Of a stretch of 64,000 bases of DNA, positions 50,136 to 61,749 are shown one piece after another (the first letter of the stretch is position 1; every line of letters begins with the position of its first letter). Origin of the DNA: Dimorphilus gyrociliatus (Eukaryota > Animalia > Annelida); NCBI GenBank assembly GCA_904063045.1, contig CAJFCJ010000018.1:806001-870000 (forward strand). Direction: 5' to 3'. The notes under the pieces were generated by a model. The model was not told the DNA's origin. It did not search any database and saw only the letters and a list, made by a program, of their open reading frames with translations. Both the position numbers and the translations under genes were made by a program.

Positions 50136-53100
50136 ATGGACGTCATAGATGACGTCGATAAAGCTGGTGATAAAATCAAACAACTTCTTCGCGAACTTAG
50201 CTCCGCAAATGACGAATACGTGAAAGAAAAGGGTTTAGAACAAGCGTGAGCAATATATCTATTAAACTCTAAATTTACTATTTTATACTAACTTAATAAT
50301 ATTTAATCAGTAATGAAAATCATGAAGAAATTCGTAGACTTCGGGAGCGTAACAACTTTTTTCAAAACAAAAATGCCGATCTGGAAGAAGTTATTGATAA
50401 ACTAAAGACTGAACTCACTAAAGCCGAATTCGAACGCAGATCCATGCAATCGGAAGTGGATCATCTCAAAAAAAAGGCTGCAAATGAATCAGATGAAATT
50501 AAGGAAATTCGCCATAGGAATCAATTTCTTGAGAAAGAAAATGCATCTTTTCAAGAACAGTTAGGCAGTTATCAATCTAAAACTAAAGATGCTGAAAGTA
50601 AAGAAAGACGTGAAAGTCGACGTGTTCTTGATCTTGAACGAAAACTTGCTCAATGTGTCGATGAAAAGAATGAGATAGAAAGAAGAATACAAAGACAGAG
50701 AAACTTTGAAGAAGAGAAGGAAAAGCAAATTATCAAACTAGAAAAAAATGTCAAAGAAAAGGACGATGTCATAGCTAATCTATGTCGTTCTAATAAAGAA
50801 TTGACGGAGAAAATGAAAGCTTCCGAAGAGGAGTCTTTTCGACTTGTTGAGACTCATAAAAAGAGAGATAGTCAAAAAATAGGTGAACTTGAAATGAAAA
50901 TAACAGACCTAGAAAATAACTTAAAAAAACAATCACAAGAACAGTCAATGGCCTTAGATGTTAGTATTCTTTAATTAAATTTATACTATAATCTTTCAAG
51001 CATTCATTGAATGTTGTACACTCTTATTATGTAGTATCACTCTGATCTACTATTTCACATTAATATAATGCTACTAATAATATTATTAATCAACAGAAGA
51101 AGAGAATTGAAGAAGATCGCGCCGCCTTTCGCTATCGAATAACTGAAGAAAGAAAATTAATGGAAAGAGAAAGATCTCGAAAAGAAGAATATATCGGAAA
51201 ATTTCATGATAAGAAAAAGCAGCTTGAAGATTATCAAAAGGAAACGGAGAAGAAAATCCTTCTCCTTGAAAGAGATGTAAGTTTTACATACACTTATTTC
51301 TATAAGTTATAAATATATATTGTTTTCAATTAATAGAACGAAATATTAAAACAAGAGGTTGACAAGTTTAAATCTCAGACGTCTTCGTCTCAATCGCAAC
51401 TCGAAGATTTGAAAAAGCGATTCAGTACTATAAGAAAGGATGCTGATGAAAAAAAATTAGACACGAGAGCACAAATTCAGAGTTTAAAGGTACTGGCTTT
51501 TCCTTTAAAAACCTCATAACATAATTTGTCTAATATTTTATAGGAAGATAAACAAGCTCTACAGAGTGAATTAAACACATTAAAAAATAAAGAAACAGTA
51601 AGTAAAAAGAAGCCTACTTTTAATGAAAAAATTATCATTAAATCGATGATCTTTACACTCTAAAAAGGCATTTAGTGAAATTAAAGTCGAATTAGCACTT
51701 AAATCAAATCGTTTAAACGAAGTTGAGCAGCAACTTAATGAATTTAAACGTAAAAATCATCAACTGGAAGAAGAAAAAAAACAAAACACTTCAGAAATAG
51801 ACTTTGAACGCCGAAAAAGACAAAAGATCATGGAAGACCAGCACAAACACACAGGAGAATTAGAAAACTTGAAATGGGCCTTAAAAGAACAAGAAAAACA
51901 AATTACAGACCTTGAAAGAATCAACAAAGCGCTTGAACAAGATGGAAAAAAAGCTATTACAAAACTTGAAGAAGAACGTGACCGTTTAAAACAGATGCTT
52001 GATAAAAAATTGTCTAAAGGGGAGGAAATTCTTAAACGAAATAAGCAACTAGAAACCGAACTCGAATCTCACAAAAGAAAAGTGTAAGTATACGGGACAC
52101 AAAAAATTACATTATGAACAATCAACGTACATGCATCATAATCAATTTGCATTTACAGAAAGCAATTAGACGAGGGCCGAGTGGTCACAGAAGAAGAACT
52201 TCAGCAAACACGACAACAATTTGAGACCATACTTTCGTCCAAACTTTCTTTAACAGAAGGAAACGAAAAATTAACAGAACAACTTTTCACTACTGAAAAA
52301 AATCTTCATGAAATAGAAAAAGAACGTGGTAATCTATTACGATTAAATGAAGCTCTTGAAAGAGAAGTAATAACTATTAAAGAGGAATCAACAAAACACA
52401 GAACAAAGCTAGCCGAAGCTCGTGAAATTCAAGTACAACTAACCGAAGAACTACGAAATCTTGAAGTTGAGCGAGATGAGTTACGCGACGAAATATCGTC
52501 TTATGAATACGAATTAGAAAAAGCTAGACAAACATTTAGAACAGCCGTTGAAAATGAAAAATTCGAAAAACATAAAATGGAAGTAACAAAGCGACAGCAA
52601 ATGAATGTAATTGATCTTCTACAACAACAATTGGATGCACCAAAAAAGAAAAAGAAAAAAACAGAACTCTTTTCACGGGAAGAACAACTGCAAAAGACAT
52701 TGCGCGTTGCCCTTGACGAAAATGCTCGGCTTTCCAGAGATAAAGTAGAGTTGGAACAAAAAATTCGAAATTTAAGTCGATCAGTTCCACAAGTAACGAC
52801 CGTAACAACAACAAATTGCTTTGCTGGTCCCGAAATGTCAACGCCAAAAACTCCAAAAACACCAAGATGCCAAAATAGATCAAAACAAACGAGCGAAACA
52901 CCAGGAGCACCACGAGCTAATACGATGGGTCGTCCCCATCGCTTTGTAACTGGTCTCAATTCAAGACCAGACAAATGTGTTTTATGTTTAGGTAATGTGG
53001 AGTTTGTGAGGGAAGCTACAAAGTGTGAGGAATGTTTGTCCGTCTGTCATCCACTTTGCTCGCCAAAAATGCCACCGAATTGTGGAATGAAGACCGAATA

Positions 53101-54610
53101 CAGACGGATTTTTGATGATCTCTTCAAAGAAGTAACAGACCGTAAAGTTCGAAATGTTGCTAAATTGAAAAAAGTGAAATCTGGTTGGATAACAATTTAT
53201 CGTCAGCGTAAAAATGTTTGGGAAAAGAAATGGATGGTTCTTAAGGACAACGTAGTGTTTATATACAACTCGGACACTGTTGTTGAACCATATTGTGAAG
53301 ATATTCCTCTTCGGGATGGTAAAACGTTAATGAGAGCTGCAGTTAACCCTGTCGAATTGCCAAATGTGTGCTTAACGGACCTACCACTCGTATTTTCTAT
53401 CAGGAGAAACAAAACATTGTATATCAATCCTGGAAGTGTAACTGACAAACATCATTGGGTTGCATATCTTGATGCTATTATGTTGAATGAGAAATCAGAT
53501 ACAACAATTTTCTCAAGTCTCTTGGTTTCGCAACATCCGAACTATATTCATGAAGCTTGTTGTATTAATAATTCTGACTGTTTAATGGCTACCGATAAAG
53601 GACTTCACGTTCACAGTGACATGTTGAATAGTACATTGACTGCTTTTGGACAAGTATCAGCAGTTAGATACATAAGTCAATTGAACACTATTGTTTTAGT
53701 GGTTGGTGCATCTCGGCGAGTGGCCATTACAACGTACAATGACGTTTTAAATATCACATCCAACAAAAAGTCTTCCACAAACCTGCCTCTTGCATATTTA
53801 GATGATGCCGTAAATTGTACGACCATTGAAGTGGGAATGTATCGTAGAAACGTGTACTTAGCTGTTGCAACTGCTGAAAATTTGATGTTATATGGCTGGT
53901 CACCCAAGCTTGACTCATTTACTTTGATAAGAACTCTTTTAATTCCAAAACCAGCTGGATGTATGATGTTTTCAGACGATCGCCTAATTGTTGGTTCTGA
54001 CAAATTCTACACTCTGGATTTGCAAAGCTTTAAATTTCGAGAATTCTTAAATGAAAAGGATTCAACGTTGGCATTTGCAATTTTTGGAGCATCAAAATTT
54101 TTATCCTTTCCTCTCAGTGTGTTCCAAATAAGCCCTAATGAGTTATTGGTATGTTTCTCTGATTTTGGAATATTCGTTGACCCTTCAGGAAAACGTACTC
54201 GTGAAGAAGATTTGAACTGGCCTGGCGAACAACCTTTGATGATAGCCCATAATCAGCCTTATTTATTTTTAATTTTATCTGGAAGTGTTCAAGTTCTTTT
54301 AATTCCAAATCGAGGAGAACCTTATGTAGCAAGTGGTTCAATTCAGATTCCGTCTCCAGTATTCGTTGGAAAAGGTGTGGAATCGGGAACGGTAATGATA
54401 ACAGCGGAGAAAAATAAAGGACTGGATCTTTTACAAATTATGGCCGATTTAGAAGATAATTACGATTTTGCAATTGACGAGACAGAAACTGAACGAGAAG
54501 ATGAGGTGTGCTTAAGAAATCAAAGAAGAGATGGCTCTGAGCCTAATAGACAAATGTCTTTGAAGCAACTGAAAGGTTCACCAGGAAAGATAAAATCTAC
54601 AGACTTTTAA
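50136..54610 (+). CDS. CIT: Citron Rho-interacting protein, copy A: coiled coil, C1, PH, CNH; no kinase domain; 7 exons
   Basis: Spliced from MDVIDDVDK through coiled-coil exons; DLLQQQLDAPKKKKKK; C1 domain HRFVTGLNSRPDKCVLC...C..C...CH..C...PPNC; PH (KSGWITIY...WEKKW); CNH. No kinase motifs upstream. Confidence 0.85.
52363..54502 (+). repeat. Left arm of inverted duplication (partner 61861-64000, minus strand)
   Basis: Aligns without indels to the reverse complement of 61861-64000 (coordinate sum 116363); about 50 substitutions by hand count. Confidence 0.95.
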
Positions 54611-54768
54611 ACGATAATTAATGGAAAGATTACCAACTATCTTTTAATTGTATTTTATGCTTATAGATGTAGACATATTTTGTATAATTTTTGTAAAATT
54701 ATTTCACGTTATTTTTCTAAAATTTCTTTTTTAAATAAAAAACATTTATTTTATTTTTAATTTTGAAA

Positions 54769-55661
54769 ATGTATAATCAATTTTTAAGATCATTCTGTTG
54801 TATGTAAGGCGTCACTTATATATATACTTAACTTTAATTAGTCGTTGTTTTCTTCTGTGGTTAATTTATAGGATTTTCATTATAGAAATATTCATTTTCA
54901 GATTGCCAGAAACTTCTAGTTTCGATAAAAATTTATATATTGATAACAAGATCTCTGAGAATAAGCCTCTGGATTTTATAAATGATAGTTCGAATAAGAA
55001 AACAGAAGAGTATATGGTTGAAAAAGAGGACATAATTAAACGTGATATATCCTATGAACATCCTAGTTTCATTGTGGAAAGTGCTGATTCAAAAAACGAA
55101 AATTTTGAAGATCTTGAAGGAAAAACTTCTCTTTCGAAAGGTTTGAAGTAATGATCTCTGGACATTATATACTCTATAGATATACAGATATAGTATATAA
55201 CATTGTATCTTTTTTATCAACAGAAAATGTAAATAACAAATGTCCGTGCAACAATGAAGAATATTTTGAAAATTTAATAAAGGCAGGTGATCTCAAAAAT
55301 CTTGCAGAGATTAACGATATCTGCCGATGTTTCGACTTGGGAAGAAAAGTTGGTATGGCATCAGTTGCGAATGGAAATATATATAAAGATTACAATTATC
55401 GATCGAATATGTCATTTAAATCCCTTCCAAGGTGTTCAGGACTTACCCAAGCGCAGAGATTATATAGAGATAAGGTAAGTTGGACAAAACTCTGTAAAGT
55501 ACCAATGAAACATATACACTGTATATTGTAAATAGATAGGATCAATTCAACTCTTGAAAGATGAATGCTCTAATCCTCGTAAAATAGATCATCGTCAATG
55601 TACAAATAAGCCTTTTAAAAACTTCATTGGCAAACCTGTTCTTGTAAAATTGAATCGATAA
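54769..55661 (+). CDS. Orphan 216-aa protein, 4 exons (54769-54803, 54902-55140, 55224-55474, 55536-55661)
   Basis: All three GT-AG introns are phase-consistent (2,1,0); total 651 nt. Starts MYNQFLRSFCCILPE, ends KPVLVKLNR*. Confidence 0.7.
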
Positions 55662-56004
55662 ACACTAATTGAATTATTTTGCTGAATATTAATTAAAAAA
55701 ATTTGCATATAATTTTTTTATTGAAATAGAAAGAGAAAAGTTGTAAATATGAAATATGGCACTGAAGAAAATTTATTTTAATACTATGCTGTTTCAGTTT
55801 AAAAATTTATAAATATACTTTCATCATCAGATATTTCTTTATCGACTTCTCAATATATAAAGTATTATAATCTGAGTTTTTGCACCACGAATATTGGCAG
55901 GAGACTTCCGGCTTCAAAATTCATTCGTTCATTTCTTTTTTTTCTATTTTGGTTTGTTTTTTCTTAATGAAAATATAACCATAAAAATTTATATGAATAA
56001 TTTG

Positions 56005-59000
56005 CTAAGTTACAATTGTGGTTGGTAGTTCTCCTTTAGATTTGCTTTGTCTGCTCTGAGACCTCTTCGTCGACGAAGGCGATGGCCTTCCAAGTCTTGG
56101 TGATTTAGGAAATTTTAACAGTGTAGCAACCTTCGACAGTAGATCACTAGAAAAACAATATAAATCTATTATAATTTCTATTTAATAGAAATTTTTATAA
56201 TAAACTAACTTGACTTTCTTTGTAGTATCTCGTTTTTGCTGAGTAAGTGGTTCTATATCGTTAAAATCAACCTTTTCCGGTAGTCGGCACTAGAAAATAC
56301 AACGTACATATGCCAATAATTTTACATCATTAAATCAATTTCATTATATTCTACTTACAACCAGTTTAGAACCAACTTGAAATCGACAGCTACATTCACT
56401 GTTGCGGAATGTTAAACTTATATTGTCCTGCTGCCAGACACGGATACTTAAGGAATTTGTTATAGCAAATGTTATTGGCTGAATTGGTGGAGCATGTACG
56501 TGATCAGGTTGAACTTTCCAAAACCATCGACGTTTCCTTCCACCTTGAATATCTAACTCCATACCTCCCATAGCGTTTAAACATAGACGAACTTTTCCAT
56601 TCAAGTAATTTGTTGCTCCACAACCGTTAGGTTCAAAATACCCTAATAAATTTGCATATTCTAAGTCATCAGAATGAATGAGATACGAAAATAGTCCATC
56701 CTCCAATTTTATTCTTGATATTGCCGTGGCACCATTTGGATAACTGTTATCATTCGTATTAATTATTATAGCCCATTAAATTTCTAGCTTGTAGTTATCT
56801 ACTTACAAAACATTACCGGAACCATCAGGCAGAAGGAGTAGGAAAGTTTGTCCATTTTTGTAAAATTTCTTTAGCGTTCCTAAAGGTCTATTATTTTTCT
56901 CATACCATTCTAATTCAGGTTGCCAAACGTCATCCTCATCATCGTTTGCTAGAATTGGACTTGGTGGCTTTAGAGTCCACCCTCTTTCAAAGCACTTTTC
57001 GGACGATAGTTGATAGTTTATCGTACATTGTTGGCGTCCGTCTAAAAATAGTTTACAAACAAATTAAAATGAAATATATATGATAAAAAGTTTTAAGGCA
57101 ATTTATTCTAGGGATAATAATTATTGTTTATAATTATTAAAATCTACGGCGTGCAGCATTCATCATTATTTTTTTTTTTTTAAAAAAATATTTCCTTCTT
57201 TCTGTATGATTTTTTAACATTCAAGTGCAATTACTTTTCTGCTTTTTCCAATAAATTCCATAAAATCAAGTGACAATAGGTGAAAAAATTTGACCTTGAT
57301 CCATTAGTATCGTATGAATAGAGCTTTTAATGGAATATACTGGAAATTAATTAAGACTAATTTGTTTGTAGCAAAAAACAAAAAAAAAGGATAGTTAAAG
57401 GGATGATAAAGGTAAATAAGTAATAATAATAAAAAAGGGCGTGTAAAAGGGCAAAAATTGACATTAAAAGAAAATTTATAAAAAAATAAAGCGAAATTAT
57501 CTATGCAAAAGAATAGGTGATAAATTTAAAAAGGGAAAAAATAGAGAAGGATCTTGTTTATCCGTTCTATTTTTTTGGATTGTTGTTCAATTACATAATA
57601 TTGATGTTAAAGAAGGAGTCGGTGATTCGATTCTATTGTATGATAGCGCCGAAGAATTATCTTCTTTATCCTTATTCGAGGAAGGAGTTTTAGCTGAATT
57701 TTTCAAGATAATTATAGATTTTTTAAAATAAAAAATAGTAATTTTTAGGACAAGAATTAGTTGGAATTTTAGAGTTTTATCTTACTTTAACTGATTAAAA
57801 TATAATATTTGTATTCTTACATTGATAGTAGCTTGTTGGACCACTCGTTGTTTCTCCCCTTGCGGCTGCTAAAGCTGCTTGTTGCCTTGCTAATTCGCGT
57901 TCTCTCATTCTTTTAGATTATTTTGAGTTATTATTATTTCAGATACAACAATAGATAAGATTGTTGTAAAATTTACCTCTGAGCCGCTCTTTCTTTAGCA
58001 GCATCTCTAGCTTTCTTACTGCCGTAAGGCGGATGTGGCTTAACGCTTATTTTACTACCCTCTCCTTTTTTCTTTTCAATTAAAGGATGAGTGGCTGCCA
58101 AATGAACAAAATCTCTATAGTCCGAACAGCAATAGAGAGACTCTGGATTCAATTTCCTCTGTTCTTCTAAAGTGGGTGGAGGTCTTATCTGATGTGAACA
58201 GAACTCGCATTGACCAGAAAACATTCCACCATTAGGCATTCCTCCTCCAAAATCCTTATTGTATGCTTCAAAATCAACGGTTTGTTTTTCTAATTGACGC
58301 CTTTTTGCTTCGGCTGAAGATTCTCTTTTATATTGCAAAGCTTGAGGAGGTCCCACTGATGGTAAAGTGGACACTCCATGCATAGGTGTACCTTTGCGTT
58401 CTCCTCCCAAGTCTTCATCGAATGAATCGTCGCTTGACTGCAACAAACAGTGAAATTAAACAGGTATTTATTTTACAAGATAATGCTACAAACATCGGAT
58501 TCATCAACTGTCAACATAGGAATACCAAATTCATCTTCTCTTGGATGTGGCCAAGGTGACTCGCCTGAAGATGACGTTCGAGATTTTCCACTATCAGGCC
58601 TATCAATAGAATCTTGTCCCTCTTAATAAAGAGATAGCAAAATTTTCAAATTAATTTATAATATACTAAAAGTGATGATTGGAGAAGATGATAATAGAAT
58701 GGAAAAATAGGGAAAAAAACACGAAACGGATATGTCCTCATAAAAATGAATAGCATGGACAGTATGGCACTACAGAGCGAATTATAAGCAGGAGAATAAA
58801 AAATACACAGTATGAATATTTAGATTTCGTATCAATCATACGCTTTTAAAGGTTTCAGTAAACAGTATAAAAAGTATAAAAAGTATGAGTTAATCTAAAA
58901 GATAGTAGTTTGTAATGTTTGTCCATGAATGTATATCTCTAATTTTTTATGTTACCTTCCAAATCACTAAAATTATCGGCAAAACACTCTAAATTAGGAT

Positions 59001-59783
59001 GTGCTGAAAGTGCACAATAAATATTTTGTAACTTTTAACAATGTAGTATTTTAGTTGAATATTAATTAAATTAATTTACATAAATTAATTTATAATAGTT
59101 ATTTATTCTAAGGTTAATGAAAGTAATTAATATTCATACCTTTTTCGTCTACTTCCACATTATTACTTTCAACTGGGAGATTATCTTCTTTAATCGTCCA
59201 CTCTGTTTGAATTTCAATCGAACGTAAAAATCGTTCATTGCCGTCTAATCCTACCACTGTAAATCTCTCCTGTATTGGTTCCTCGTCTATTTGTCTTTTA
59301 AAAAGAAAATTTTAATATTAATTAATTATTTACAGCGAATTTCTACATTATTAACCTGACACTATCAGCTTCAGCGAACGACACTGCTTTGGATGCTCGA
59401 CTGCCTGCGCTCATGATTCTATCATTGACAGACTCAGTTGGAGATTTATCAGTTATTTCTCTTTTAAATGACAAAACTTTTGGTAGAGCTGCAATAAGGA
59501 AAGAACAAATTGATGAAAGTTTTATCACCTAGTTTTCAAACAATTGAATGTTTTATGGCGAAAACTTGATATAATATTCAGGTTGGGTCTCTAGCTTTTA
59601 CTTACACGATTTTGAATCTGGTTGAGTTCCATCGCTTGACTTGTTAGAAAATTCACTAGCGGTATCATTTGTAGATTGGCCTATGGGTGGTAGAGGTGAG
59701 ACAGGAGGTGTTGTAGAGCCTTTAGTATCACCAAACGGTATATCTCGACCAGATTTGATCGGTGGTAAGTCAGATGGTTCCAT
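56005..59783 (-). CDS. ERICH6: Glutamate-rich protein 6 / FAM194 family, multi-exon
   Basis: SIEIQTEW, GQCEFC...LYCCSDY, TINYQLSS.KC..RGW, KFYKNGQTF...PDGSGNVFY and the C-terminal FAM194 region. Exon phases are consistent. Confidence 0.8.
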
Positions 59784-60244
59784 CTCTTTTAAAATAGCCA
59801 GTAAAAAATAATACAAATCTAATGCTTGGCACGGTTTTGGCACTGTTTACTAGTTTAATATGCTGTTTCGTTATTTTTTCATTTACATTCTGAAAATAAA
59901 ATTAATAGGCCTATTTTATTAGATGATCATCAAAGATAAAGATAACTATAAAATTATGGAAAAATTATTTGAAGTTTCAAAAGTAGTCTAACGATCTCTC
60001 TTAGTTTTATAATATATATTAAGAGGATATTAACCCACTTACTATACTTTAGAACAGTTGAATACGTTCTATTAAGATAATTTATATAAAAAGAAAATTG
60101 TTCATAATATCTATGAAACAATAATACTGTTAAAATTATAATCCTTAAGTAAATTCGGTGAATTCATCATCCTAGAAGACATAAAAAACTAAAAAACTAA
60201 ATAAACAAACTTTGCTTTATGTTTGGTTGCTGTGAGGGACATTA

Positions 60245-60287
60245 GTCACGTGACACACACCTGACTAATAGTGTATTGGTTGATTGG
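60245..60287 (-). promoter_or_regulatory. E-box palindrome GTCACGTGAC plus two CCAAT boxes; likely ERICH6 promoter upstream of a non-coding first exon
   Basis: GTCACGTGAC at 60245-60254; ATTGG at 60275-60279 and 60283-60287; minus-strand donor gtaagt at 60042 and acceptor ttttcag at 59890. Confidence 0.5.
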
Positions 60288-61749
60288 TGGACAAAGTATT
60301 AAAACCGCATTTGTTATATTGACAAAAGTTTCGCACTTAATTCGTCTGCTAATTGCATCAATTTCAAATCTAACTAAATTGAGTACAGTCCCTCGTAAAT
60401 GCTGCCTTAATTATTTTTATAACTTCATTGCAAGTTTAATAATATTCAAATATTCTTCATATTATTTAAGATAATAAATTCTTTGTTCTTAAATTATAGA
60501 ACAGACTGGTTTAACAAAACAATTGCACTTGATATAACTATTAATAAATTATATTCAAAGTTTGTTACAACTTCTTATGGGTCATTGGCCATGATCGTTA
60601 TTTCTCATTGAAATCGAATTTCAAAACAAAAGAACTTTAATGCCTTCCCCCTGAGTACTTGCTTAGATTTTCAACTAATCAATAGCAGTTATAAAAGGTT
60701 GCTCATGTTCGTTTCAATAGATTTTTTTTATAGAACAGAAAATTGAACAAATGAATCAATCAATTTATTAAATATTTGATAAACTATTATTAAAAATAGT
60801 TTCTTTGATGATTTTAGAATCTGAACTCAACCAGATTTCATATAAAGCTGCCCAATTACACGATATATTTCTTAAAGATTAATGGATTTTCTATTGATCA
60901 ACTTAAGTATTTGTTAGTGATTTTATTGCCATAATAGACAAAATAAAAGCAACTATTCTTTAAACTCAACGTTAAAAGAAAGTCGTATATTCGATCCATA
61001 TTCCTTTCAACACGAAGGAACTCTTTAAGCCTACTCAAGTTCAAATAGTTCTATGCAATATTTTAACATTTTTCTTTATCAACAATTAGGGATCTACTCC
61101 ACCAAATGGAAATACTGTTAAAAGTGCTTCGTTATTGATCTTTACCACTTTTCTATAGTGTTTCACTAAACTTTAGTAATTCATATGAGTTAGACAACTT
61201 CAAACTCTGTAATTTGTTAACAAGTACACTTAATATAATTCAATTCAGCATAAAAAATAATATACATGTTTTTATTTAAAACGAAAAAGCAGTAACTATC
61301 GCTTATTTAAGTATTTTTTCTATTTAAAGCAAATTTTAGAAAATAATCTCTTGTAAGTCATATATCAATTATACGTTTTTATAGAGGTTTTGTCCTAGTT
61401 GAAAGCTTTCTAATACTTTGATCAAAGGTGAATGTATAATACAAAAAGTTAATGATCCTTGCTTAAGTAATAATAAAAAAAATCTCGAACTATTAGAACT
61501 TAAAGGCATTCGCAAAAAATTACGTTTAATTCAAACCAAGAATTGTATTATTAACCAAAAAAACAATTTTTTACACCAAGTTTAACAACAAGGAAAAGTC
61601 AAAAAAATAACAGAATTTCATTCCTATAAAGAAAATACTGTTTACTAATTCAACAAAATGACTTCCTTATAAATTGATTAGAAAATAATAAAAAATACAT
61701 CAGTGAACAATCTTTAAAAGCATTATTCACTAATTGACTTTACTTCAAG

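Noticed and set aside
55940-56007. ERICH6 stop TAG-CAA as TMV-type readthrough
   Set aside because: The context is CAA-ATT rather than CAR-YYA, and the downstream sequence is AT-rich UTR-like.
60300-61749. Gap between the ERICH6 promoter and the Citron B stop
   Set aside because: No ORF, terminal repeats or similarity to the region after Citron A was found; probably UTR and intergenic DNA.
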